A stretch of DNA of 64,000 bases, from the NCBI GenBank assembly GCA_039096225.1, contig JBBPEB010000005.1, positions 496,001 through 560,000 of the forward strand. The letters run 5' to 3'. Every line of letters begins with the position of its first letter. The stretch's first letter is position 1. The DNA is from Blastocystis sp. Blastoise (Eukaryota; Protista; Bigyra: Opalinata). Made by a program: the position numbers and the translations under genes. Shown here in pieces: positions 29,786 through 43,815 of the stretch. The notes below the pieces were generated by a model. It was not told the origin of the DNA. It was given only the letters and a program-made list of their open reading frames with translations, and searched no databases.

Positions 29786-30395
29786 CAAAAGAATAAGTCT
29801 TTATTTAATATATTTTGACAAAATAAGATTATATACATATATTAACGACACAGAAAACCATCAATATCCTATCTCAAATATTATTTACATAATTTAATAT
29901 AATACTATCCATAATTAGTTTTTTTTTACCATAAATGAAGAACTATATATAGTAAGTTTATTAAATATATACAATATTAAACAAATAATAATAATATATA
30001 TACTATAAATAAGACACCAGTGAATAATAAACGTTTCATCTCATACTATAGATAAAATACAATATATAATATTAAAAATAACAACTTAAAAAAAACAAAT
30101 TAAAAATAGATTGCAGATAAAAAGTGAAAAGAAAGAATAATATATACTCTAAATCCAAGAAAATAGAAGATCTAATGCATTTAACAAATTAAATGTTGTA
30201 TTTGGAAATCTTTGAGTTTCACCTAATCAACCAATGTGTAAGTATTTCACAAACATGGGCTAGAACAGTTTGAGTAGTAATTTAACATTGATTGAGTACA
30301 GTGAAAAGTAGTTCTGAGTGAGTATTTGTCAACATGTAAATGATTTGTTAAGAATGTTGAATATTGAATATATTAATCTGTTTGTTTATCCTATA

Positions 30396-33300
30396 GCAGA
30401 TGTACAGTAGACTATATAGCAATAATAAAGAGAATAAAATATACAAGACAAGCCAAATTGTGTTTTAGAAAGCCAATATCCACAGATTTTAGGAGGACAG
30501 TATGACCTAGAAGGTATGATCTATACTAAATAGACATAATAAAATATATAATTAATTTTTATTACAATATTAATATAATAGTTTAATTACTATAGTATAT
30601 TTTACTTAATTCTTAAATTTCAAAAAAAAATAAGCCAAAAATTAAAATATTTTCACTTCATATTTTGTATTTGATTTAATAGTCGTCCCAAAGTGCTTTA
30701 AAAGCCTTAATATATTATTGATTGAATGTGTCTACTCATTTATAGTATATTTTATTTGCTTATTGTATTTAATTGTCTTTAGTTACAAACATTCTGGTGA
30801 ATTTATTGGAAAAGTTGAGATCCATGGAAATGTAACATATTGAGGGTTAGGGACACCTCCAGTTGATGTGCAAGGATAGAGATAGAATAGAAATAAATAC
30901 ATTGCCAAAAATCATAATGTTGTTGAAGTGGCTTATGATTGTTGAATTCTGAAAGGGTATGTTGTTAGGTATATAAATATAGTTGAATATTTAACTCTAT
31001 TATAGATTTACAAAAAACAATTATGAATGGTAAAGTTTATCTCCTAAACTGTTGTACCCTAACCAGAGAGTTACCTAAACCTGATTGCTTCGATGTACTA
31101 TTTTCACAAAATAAAGAATTATTATATACAAAAAATAGATTGTTCTTGTAAGTCTCTATTTATTTATTTTTATTCTATATCTATTATATTTTCTTATTTA
31201 GAGATGTTTTATTTAAGGATGTAATCTGTCAGAAGTATTTTTATTTACTAATCTTCATTGATCTTGTAAAATAATTTGTTTCTATAGAGCGATCAGTGAT
31301 TCCTACAAATTTAGAATGGGTTTATTTGGAAGAATTAGTGCTTTCCAGGTCTTAATATTGTTAACAAAATCAGATTCCAGATTAACTCTGGTCCTCAAAG
31401 GTATTTTGTTATTTATTTCTTATCATCACTATATCTATATTATATAGAAGACAAAGAATTTATAATATCTACGAAATTGAAGACTTTTTTTCTCAATTAG
31501 CTAGTTACAAACTATTATTGGGTCAAGTGTTGTTATAGAGGTTAGAATTAGTAAACAAATGGATTTTATTAATAAGTATATATATATTATATATTAAATG
31601 ATTAATTTTAAGTGTTTTAATATATAAATATTATTTTATTTAAATATTATATTATATTTTATTTTTTCTATAGTATTCTTCATATGTTAGGCATTTATTA
31701 TTCTTAAATCTTTTAATAAGAATGAATTGCAATATATTAAGTATATATATTCTTCTTTAGTCATTTTTTACTTTCTATTTAGATTTTAGAATGTTTTTCT
31801 ATTATTTTATTGTATATATATATTCTATATATAAATATATTTTAATCTTTTATCCTTCTTAGAAACATGATACTAATAATATTAATTATATACTCTCCTG
31901 TTATTTGGAAGATAATAGATTAGGAAATTAGAAATTTAACTCATTTCTAGTTATTCTAGATATATTATAGTATATATTTATATTTATTTTTTTATATATA
32001 ACTATATTTAAATATATCATTTATAGATACATCAAAATGTATATATAGCTATACTAAAGTATATATATATATAGATTGAGTCAATTACAAAACTATTAAG
32101 TGTAGAGAAAGTGGTATTCAAGTATATATATATATTTATATATATATGTATATAGTTATAAAAATGTTTATTTATATTAATGTATATAGTATATTAATAT
32201 ATATATAGTTAAATTATATAGCAAAACATACATATCTAGATGAATATATATGTATATAGTTATATTAAAGTACATATAAGAATAGTTATGTTAAAGTATA
32301 TGTATAAATTAATATTAAAGAATATATATATAGATATAATAAATTATATATGTAGTAAAGGATATTTATATATAGATATATTAAAATATATATGGATAAA
32401 GTTATATTAAACTATATGTATAAATAGATGCAGTAAAATGATATATAGATTTACTTATATAAAAGTATATATATTTATATTAAAGTATATATATATTAGA
32501 ATATTCATATTAATTATACTAGAGTATATATATATAGATAGATCATGATCTATTCATGTATTAAGCTAGATTATTGCTATTCTTATATTAAAGTGTATAT
32601 ATTTATTTATTATAATGTGTATTATATAGTTATATTAATGTATATATAAATAGATATAATAAGTGTATATGGACATATATATTCATATATATAATTATAT
32701 TAAAGTATATATAGATATGAGATAGTGAGGTGTATATAGATATAGATATAATAAAGTATATATATCATATTATATATATATATAGTATCTATAAAGATAG
32801 ATCTAATAAAGTAAATATTAGATATAGATATACTAAAATGAATATATATAGATATAATGAAGTCTAGATATAGATATAATGAAGTCTAGATATAGATATA
32901 TTAAAGTATATATTTATAGTATATAATGCATTATATATATAGATATACTAATATATATAGATATATACGAATATTAATATGTATAGATATATTTATATTA
33001 AAGTTTATAGATATTTATATCTATATTTAAACATATATATAGGTTATGTTATACAAGTATAGATATTTCTACCTGTTTGTTGTTTAAGAATGCTTATAAT
33101 CTATTTATATAAAAACATTTATGATTAGTCAGGTATTATATAAAGTATAATTATTCTATAGATATTTTAGATTACTTCTCTATTAATAAATTATCTATTA
33201 TTTTATGATTCGTATTTATGTATATATTTATAGAAAAACTCTCCGAAGAAGTGGTACTACATGAAATGATATTTATTTGGTATCTATTATTCTATTCAAA

Positions 33301-35869
33301 GAATCATTATAAAACATAATATATTTGGTACACATTAGTTTTATATAACTTTTGTATATAAATATAAATATAAATATATTTATATATATGTATATAGTTG
33401 TTTCTTTATAGTACAAATATTCTCCTTTCTTCTATTGCTATTCTCACCAGTGTTAATAGTTATGTATATAAATTCTTTTTATAAGTTCTTTGAATTATTT
33501 ATAATGTTATAAATTCTATTTTCATTGTATATTTCTTATTTATATATCATGTATTATATGTATATAGTTCAAATTGAATGTAATCTCTTAGTTATTATGT
33601 ATTATGAAAGATCTTCAGTTGTCTCTATTACCTATAGAGGTATATATATGACTGCTATTCCTATACCTATAGTTTTTCTTATCTTTTTATGTAGATATTA
33701 TAGATTTTCATATTTCATCTATTAATATATATACATATACTCTATATGGTTTTATATTTTTTCTTATATATGCAGAATAAGTAGAACTATCTTAAGATAC
33801 TCAATAAGATATCTATAGTTACTAGTCTCTCCTTCTGTTCCTATTCATATTGAGAAGCTTATATTTATGTATATTATTCTATTCTAGTCTATTGCTTATG
33901 TTCTATATTATTATTTGTATAGTTCAATATATATTTACTTTTCTTTTTATAATTATTTTTCATATAATTATATATATATATATATTACATATCATTATAT
34001 AGGTATAGAATACGTTAACTATATTCAAAAGGATAGGTTTATATTTAAAAATGGGTTATTCAAGTATATATATAAGCATATACTATATATATAACATAAT
34101 ATGTATAGTATTTATTCTTATATTATTTGTTAAATACATATATATATATAATGTACTTTATCTTTATTAAGTATATACTATTTTATATATAGTGTTAATG
34201 GAATAAACTTAGATGATTATATATTATGGATTAGTATTGTTTCCTACTACTATTTAAAGTCCTTTTTTAACTACTCTATATTGTATATAAATAATTTATA
34301 TTATTATTATTCCATATTAACTTATATAAGTTTGATGTTTTAAGAATTCTATTATATAATCATATTGATATTATTATATTATATAGATCCTAAACAATAT
34401 ATTTATATAGTTACTGGCGATTATAAGCAGATTTATAAGGATACTATTCTATATTAATTTATTGTATATAGTCACTATATTATATATATATATATATTAT
34501 TATAATTTCTTATCCAATAAACTTTTATTGTTTATGTTATTAATATATTATCTATATATAGATACAATCAAATATATCTTTCTCATCTTCATCGACTCTC
34601 TTCAACTTATATATATCATTTCACTATTAGATTAGTTATAATGACTTCCTTCCTGATTCAAATAGTAACTCTATTCTTATTCTAAATACTAACAAAAAGT
34701 ATCATTTGAAGGTATATAAATATTAACTTTATTTATTAATATATTTGAATAATATAAATATAATATAATTTAATATATAGTATATAATATATAGTAGCAG
34801 TATCATGGATTATATTGAAAGTATATATGTTATACATACTAATATATATATATATATATTATATCTATACTGATATTGATATAAAAAATATAGATAGTAA
34901 TATCATTATATAGTATGTCAGTGATCAACATGGAATATATGCTATGTGTCTAGTTTAGATTATATGAGTGGATATATAATATATGCCTACATAGTTGTTA
35001 CATTATAGAATACATAAATAATATATAGTATATAAGAATTATTACCTTAATATTATATATATTTTTATTAAATTATATTATATTGATTATTTATAACTTT
35101 TATTTTATTTCTAATATTATTATATGTCTAATTTTATCTTTTTATAGAATGAATAATATATAAATATCAGATCTGAGTATTATATGGTTTATCCTTCGTT
35201 GATAAGATATCTAATATACTTATACTTCTTTTACTCTTTCTGGTTTATTGTACATGAAAAAGTAAAATAGAAAAGAGAACCATTAATACGCTTATACTCT
35301 GCTACTTTATTCATCTATCTACACAATATTTACTATAACAGTAAGGTATACTATATATATTTCTCTTTTTCATGTTTTATAGGTTATCAATGATTCATTA
35401 TCATATTGATAAATCAATCTTATATTTAGATATATACAACATAGAATATATATAATAGTATATATATACTATATATACTATTCTATATTCTCTTTCTATT
35501 ATACAATAACTTTTATATTTAATATATACATTGTATATTCTACTTTGTGTATTATATATGGTTTATAAAATATATTTTTATATAGATAAGGTTATACTAC
35601 TAAAGAAATAGATAATATGTTTGATACTTAAATTATATCTATAGTGCTTTTGGTGTATCTACTTAAGTATATATTTATATTATATATAATATCATGAGTA
35701 TTAATAGTATATATATAATAACTTAATTACATATACTCTATTATGTTATATCTATAGTAATTGGTTTATTGATATTTTACTTGGGTGATTTCGAATACTA
35801 TGAGCATTTATTATATACTTGATATATATATAATAGTAATTATTTGTTATTTAGATAACTATTATTTAC

Positions 35870-35967
<98 letters not shown>

Positions 35968-36300
35968 CATAATTATATATAATAAATAATATATATTATT
36001 ACTTTCTACTTGATATATATAGAGTCTCCTTATACTTCTTTCTTCATTACTCATATTATTATTCTGAATATTTTATACACTTTATGGTTTATATATATTC
36101 ATTATACATTGTTATAGAGGTGATTTCTCTTTTATATATGATATTAATATTGATTCTATGTATATTATTTAAAGTATATATTGTACTTTATACTTAGATA
36201 TATTTTTTTAACAACAATTGTTACTCAACATCATTCTATATTGAAACGTAATATATTATTAATATGCTCTTATTCATATTTTATATTTATTCTTTTTAAT
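30396..36300 (+). pseudogene. Highly decayed multi-exon gene(s), unidentified, probably transposon cargo
   Basis: A long run of tatag|exon|gtat patterns whose exon-like islands contain stops; no recognisable motif. Confidence 0.3.
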
Positions 36301-36425
36301 TTCTATAAAGTTAGTTATTATTAATATTATTATTATTATTATAAAATGCTTTTTATTCTTTAGTTTTAAAAATCTTCTTTCTTATATATTCCTAGTTTCT
36401 TCTGTGTTTATTTCTATAACTGAAA

Positions 36426-36461
<36 letters not shown>

Positions 36462-37299
36462 TTCTATTAGTATACTCTATTTAGTATCGTTATATTATTG
36501 TTGTGTATTGTATTATTTACATATATTAATTCTAAACAAAACAACATATATAATCATATTTTTAAAGACTTAATCTATTAAACATATATAGTAATATCAT
36601 AATGGAGTTCTAATAGTATAATAACAATCAAATAACATACAATCCAGTAGCAGGCTGACCAGATCAATTCAATAAACTATGACCAATATGACTATTCAAT
36701 AATCCTAAATGACTATAATTATACATACTAGCATAATTAATAAGATAAAACAGAAACAATCCATAACAGCACCTAATCCATTTCCATTTATTGATAATAT
36801 ATATATATAACTTCTTAATAGATTAATTAGCATCAAAAACATCATTCTAATTGAATATGAAAACCTTATTAGTCAATTAACCATAAACACCCACAATGAT
36901 GCTAATTCTCTTTTGAATCTAACTATTCTCATTTCCTATCCTATATAATGATAGAGTATATCATTCTAGAATGACCGTAATAAAGAAGAAGCCTAAAGAG
37001 ATATTTTAAGGTTAATGATCATAATTATATATTTCATTATATACCTATCTTATTCTCACCACTACATTAAAAACACAATTCAAAGCCATCAGACAACGTC
37101 ATAACTTCATAGAATAACATATCATAACCATCTTACCATGTTAATGCCGTCTTATATTATTCTTATCACTTTTCCTATATATACTATACTATATATACAT
37201 ATTAAAGATACTTATATAACATATATACATCAATATATCAATACCCTTCAAGAGTCAATAAAAAATAAACATAGAGTTTTCCCCAGTATTATTTTTAAA

Positions 37300-37389
37300 C
37301 ATTTTTAAAGTCCCCACTCGTAGAATGAGCCGAAGACCACTGTCCTGAGTCAAGTTTTACAATTTAGAGCGTCCTGAGTCAATTATCTC
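37300..37389. mobile_element. Probable right terminus of a Mutator-like element
   Basis: GC-rich island with duplicated GTCCTGAGTCAA; reverse complement starts GAGATAATTGACTCAGGAC; ends exactly where duplicate copy 2 begins. No matching TIR or TSD was seen in the window. Confidence 0.45.
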
Positions 37390-37661
37390 AAAAGTCAATT
37401 TTGATTCCCACAAACATAATCAGTTTTTTCTGGTAAATTCTAATTAAAAACCGTGATCCACGAATATGTCGCCCTATGAACACAAAAAATACTCCTTATG
37501 TAAAACAATAAACCTTTTTTGGCTTATCAGAGAAATTTATTAAACAATAAAACTAGTATTTTGAAGCTATAATATATTGTATATTATCTTTATACAAAAG
37601 TATTTTTTTATTCTATTAAAAATATATACTTATATGTGAGCAGAAAAGACTGATTAAAATC

Positions 37662-38095
37662 ATGAAAGGCTTATCAATATATAATATAGTGCCATTTATT
37701 ATTTTTTGTGTTGTTATAACATGGTATAACTCTTTTCATCTCATCTTATATTACTAGTTACTTCAAGTATATATATTTTAATAATCCGCCGTTCAGAAAA
37801 AATAGTACAATGATCAATTTTTCGAGGTTTCTTTCTTCAAATTCTATTCCTATTCAGCCATATTCCATGAGGAATATATCAGAGGGTGTTCATGATATAT
37901 ATGATAATGTTAATGATATTGTTAACAACAAAACTATTAAAACAAATAATGGATCTATTATAGTGCCAATAATAAATAATATACCATTTTCAAATCCCAT
38001 ATGGTATAAATTTCGCATATAACTGTTATTTCATATATATATTATTATTATTATTATTATTTTTAATTAATTAATTAATTACTTTATTAATTGAT

Positions 38096-38190
<95 letters not shown>

Positions 38191-39035
38191 GGAAAAGTGT
38201 TCTTGATAAACGATTTGACATTTTAAAAAATAATTATGATATGTATATTCATAGTTAATATTCCTTTTATTCAATGATTATTATTATTTTTAAGATGAAT
38301 ATAATATGGTAAATTCCTTTTTTTAATAGAATTCAACGCCCTTCTCATATGATGATACGACAAAAGTATATATATATGCTTTTAATGTTATATATTTTTA
38401 TAATTAAATATATATATCTTTTATATAATATTAATGTAATATATATATAGATATACAACAGCTAACATTAGATTTTACAAATTTGGTATCAGAATTCTTG
38501 AAATGAATAATATTTGTTATGATCTTCAGACTAAAAAATTTGATATTTTTATAAATCGGAATTATGCTACTAGAACCAAGAAAATTATAAGTAGTTGTAT
38601 ATATATAGTAGTTAATTCTGTTTTGTATATATATATATATATATCATAATATAATTTATGATCATTTTATTATATCTGATATTTATATAGTTAGTGATTT
38701 TATACCAACAAAAACATTATATAAAACAATAGAGAATGTAACATTTTTTAATAAAACAAAAAATATATGGATAATTCATGCAGCTTATGATAATCAAATA
38801 GCTCATTTTCAAGAAGCAGCTAATAATATGATTACCATAGCTAATCATCCTGAATTGTTCCCTAAAGTATATATAAGTAGTTAATTAATAGTATTTTATA
38901 TTTATTAGTATGATGGAATAAAACATAAAATAATAATATTAGAAATCTTATGACATAAATAATATGTATTATTATTATTACTATTATTATCATAATTATT
39001 ACTATTATTATCATAATTATTACTAGATATATAAT

Positions 39036-39134
<99 letters not shown>

Positions 39135-40229
39135 TAGATATGGTTTTATGGCCTACAATCAAGAATAAAACATTTTCTTGGATTGAAGAATATACGAATC
39201 TAATTCATGAATTATATCCTTCAACTGTACCGTTTTATAGGAATAATGATATATATCGTGTTTTTGGAAGATATTTTTGTTTAGAACATGTTGTATATAT
39301 AGTTATTTAATTAATATATATATATACTTTTTTTTTATTTATTTATACTTATAAATGATATAATATTTTTAATATATATAGGATGTTGTACATAGAGTAA
39401 TGAATCCATTATTTGGTAATATTTTTGCAGATCCAATTGAAGCTTATTATGTTCGTGTATTAGCTTATAAATATATAGGATATGATATTGCTTCTAAAAA
39501 ATATACTGTTCCTTTTGTATCAATACTGAATAGAACTCCACGAACCAATCTATATAATCGTCAAATACGAAATATTGATGAAATTATGAGAGAATTCGAT
39601 ACAAGATTTTCTGGATCAGTATATACTTAATATTTAATTTTCATTATTATAAAAATTATTATTTATATTTGTAGAAAGTATATAAATAAACATTATTTTT
39701 AGAATATAGAACTATCTATATACTTTTTGTCTTTTTTTAAATCATATATCATATTTCATCACTAATTTATATATATATAATATATATTATATAGTTCCGA
39801 TGTATATATAAATATATTATTATGGATTTCTTAAAACTTCAAGAAGTAGTATCAATTATGGTGAAAACAGATATATTAGTAGGAGCAGTAGGTTCTGGAC
39901 TAACAAATTCATTATTTATGCTTCCTTATTCTGTTGTTATTATGTTTTTCCCTACTACTTCTCAAGATTATTATTTCTATAGTCTTTCTTATTGTACAGA
40001 TATCTATATACTTCCTTCTTATAATGCTTCTTTAAATCATTATCCTTCACCTAAATTCGATAATTGTGAAAAAACAATTAATAAATATGGATATATAAAG
40101 AATGTTTCCTGTCGTATTTCAACTTATATGGATGATGTTTATATATCACCTAATATATTATATCATTTATTATGTATAGCAGAATTATATCTTAAACAAA
40201 AAAAATATTTTATACAATACGACTTTTAA
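37662..40229 (+). CDS. GT61-like glycosyltransferase, copy 2 (diverged paralog)
   Basis: Starts MKGLSIYNIVPFIIFCVVIT; same exon structure as copy 1; DILVGAVGSGLTNSLFM motif. Confidence 0.72.
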
Positions 40230-40234
40230 AAACA

Positions 40235-40278
<44 letters not shown>

Positions 40279-41086
40279 TGTTTAATATCTATTCTTTTAT
40301 TAATATATTTAAAGCCAAAATTGAATAATTAAAAGAATAATATATATAAACATATATAATGATATAATAATTATTTTTATCTTCTTTATTACTTGATTAT
40401 TGTTAATGTATATATATATATATTTCTTCATGTATTCTTTTGTTTCTATTTTTAAGTATTTGTTTATTTATTATTATAAACTTATGACTTTTCTTTTGTA
40501 AATACATATTTTGAATATTTGTTTAAAATCAATGAAAAGATTTGATTCATTTTGTATCTTAAAGTTTGTTGATTCATTATTGATTTATATTTACATCATT
40601 TTCTTCTCATCAACGTCAATTTTAAAAAATATATATCATATAAATTTCAAAGAAAAACAGTTTTGTGTATATTACTCATCTATTGAAATTATCATAAAAA
40701 ACATATATCATTGATAAACATATTTCATGTTTGATTTCTCAAGAATTCCGAAAAAACTCAAATGAAATATACTTTCTATAACTATTCTAATAGTTAGAAT
40801 ACTTATTTAAAATAATATGAATAATTTTAATAAAAAATGAAACAAAAATTTAAAAATACATAAAACTGAAAAAAATATTCAGTCAAAATACATACATAAA
40901 ACACAATCTATTCAGCAAAAAATCAGTCTTTGTCTTTAGGTTTTCAAAAAATACAAATACAAAAAAGAATTCCATGATTCTTTCATTCATTTTGTTTAAA
41001 TTAATTGCAAAGTAACTTTACAAAACACATATAAGTATTTAAATATAACTGTTTATTTCTGGATAATAAAATATAGAATCAAAAAA

Positions 41087-42645
41087 ATGGAAAAAAGCAT
41101 CAATTCACAACCGTCTATATTATCTTTCTGTTGTAAAGAAAATAATATTATTATCCAGCTATCTTCTGAGTCCTTACAACTCTATCCAAACTCGTTGTTT
41201 TCGAAAGTTTATCATAATCAAAAGTCTGATAGTCGAGGAATCTTTCATATTGATGTATCTGAGTCTTATTTGATAGAAGCTAGTTATGTGATGAAGAATG
41301 AGATTATTCCTTTGATTAATTACGAAGAAGATGAAGAATTTACTGCTTTAATTGATGGATTAAAAGAATTCTCAGTTCCTATTCCTCCATATATAACAAG
41401 AAGAATGATGTCAGATAAAACAAAACATCTTCCCTATTGTGAGATAAAGGAAGATGAAGTTGATCAATTGTCTACTTCAAATACTGAAAGTACTGTCGAT
41501 ACAAATGATAATATAGAATTTTCTAGAGAAGATTCTGAATGGAATTTATCTGAATTTGCAAAGAATGCTCAAGAGAATTTATGGAAACAGATGGAGCAAT
41601 TAGAAATGAGTATAAAAGAACAATCACCATTAAATTCTCCAGAATGTAATAGTGAAATATCTTTAGAAAATGATAATCATGATAATTATGAATCTATTGT
41701 ATTTCCTTCATCTACTATATTAAATAAAAATATTGAATATGATTTATGTCAAATTCTACATAATAATAATAATACTTGGAAAATGTTATTCAGGTAATTA
41801 TTTATGAGTCATAATTTTATTTATTTGTTTGTTTGTTTTTTTATTATTATTTTATTTATTTTTATTATTTTGTAATTAATATTTTTTGATATTTGTATTT
41901 TTTTTTGAATATTTATATATTTTTTAATAATCATCTGTTCACTCAAATTGATATTATATTATTTATTTATTTATTTATTTATTTCTATTTCTATTGCTAA
42001 TCTATCTATAGAGCCTCAGAGCATAATTTTTCAGCAACTGAATTTCATCAAATATGTGATAATCATAGTAATCTATTAGTTTTAGTTAAAAGTATTAATA
42101 ATAATATTCCTTGTATATTTGGAGGGTATACAAAAGTTGGCTGGAATACTACAAAATTAAATGAATTATTTGGTGGTATATATTATATATTATATATTAT
42201 ATATTATATATTATATATTATATATTATATATTATATATTATATATTATATATTATATATTATATATTATATATTATATATTATATATTACTATAATATC
42301 CTATAACAACTCTATATAGATTATAAAACAATTCAAGATGAAGATGCTTTTGTTTTTACGTTACAAAACCCTCACAATGTCCCTCCTACATGTTATCATT
42401 ATATTGGCCAATTAGATTCTTTAGCTTATGACCCTCATTGGGGACCTATTTTCTCGTCTTGTTTTTGTATATGTGATCAATGTAATCAATATAATAAAAG
42501 TAGTATTGATAATGATAGTATGAATATACATACAAATTATGAATGGGATAATATATATAAATCATCTCTTTTTGTTGATACAAATGATAAAACAAAAGAT
42601 AATTTCTTTTTTGTTGATGAATATGAAATCTTTGTCAAACAGTAA
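41087..42645 (+). CDS. TLDc-domain protein, copy 2 (no amino-acid difference from copy 1 seen)
   Basis: Exon 1 ORF identical to 7421-8131; same TLDc exons. Confidence 0.85.
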
Positions 42646-43815
42646 TTTTTTTTTAGTATTTTTTTTATATATAAATTCTTTTGTTCTTTAATATATCTAA
42701 TTTAGTATTATAATACTCCTTTTTAAAATTTTTACATCTTTTTTTCTTTTTATTTTATATATAATGTTTACTTATACTTGAATTTCATATATTCTATATA
42801 TAATTTCATGGCTTTTATCATGATGTAAAAGAATATATATATATATTTCATTTATTCATATTCAATTTTTTTTCAAGCTTTTATATTTCCTTTTATACCT
42901 CTTAGTATAAAAATATAACTAATTTATGCGCTATTATATTGTCATCATTAAATAGATTTGTTTTTTTTTAATAAATTTCATCAAATATAACTCTTTATAT
43001 GTCATCTATCTCATATTAGTTTTTTACTATAGAACAAACAACTAAAAGTGACCATGATTATACTACTACTTTTATTTACATAGTCTTAACAATAAAATCT
43101 AATATAATATGAGTAACTTTATTAATAATTTGAATCAGACTATTATAAGGGAAAAAAAATTGTTAATAAGAAACACATAAAAGTAGAGATGGGCAAAAGT
43201 AGCTACAAGTTTTGTGGCTACTTGTAGCTACTTTGTAGCTGAAAATAGCTACCCAAAGTAGCTACAAATTTTCATGATTTTTTCACGGGAGAAAAAAGTG
43301 GTTTTTTTGTGTATGATAGATATTATCTCATGAATATGTTGAAGTTATAATATAAAGAGGAAAGCATTTTATATGCCATAGGTAGCCTATTTGAAGTGAA
43401 AGAATCCAAAAAAATAAGTTAGTCTTAACGATATTCAGAATTACAATTGGTAAATCAGAACAACGTTGAATATTGATGATTTAATTGATGATATAAATGT
43501 AAATGTTGTAGATAACCACAGTAGTATATATTAAATCCTAAAAAATGAGATACCACCAAAAACATATCACAAAATGCTTAGATAACTACATTGAAACTAT
43601 TAAGCCACTTTATATCATAAAATAATAAAACTTTCTATAATAAAAATATAATATTTCGTTATCGCATAGAATTTAATTATTTTTCTTGTTAAACGTGGTA
43701 TTTAAAGCAAGTAGATTATTTTTAGTATATCATTTTAAATATTAACATGGTAATGTCACAGTTTTGAAATCATAAAACAATTTTCCTGGTTGTGAGTACA
43801 ATTACATGTAGATTA

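Noticed and set aside
11156-37389. Single intact MULE with paired TIRs
   Set aside because: The ends share only general layout, and no 9-bp TSD is present (A-run versus aaaagtcaa).
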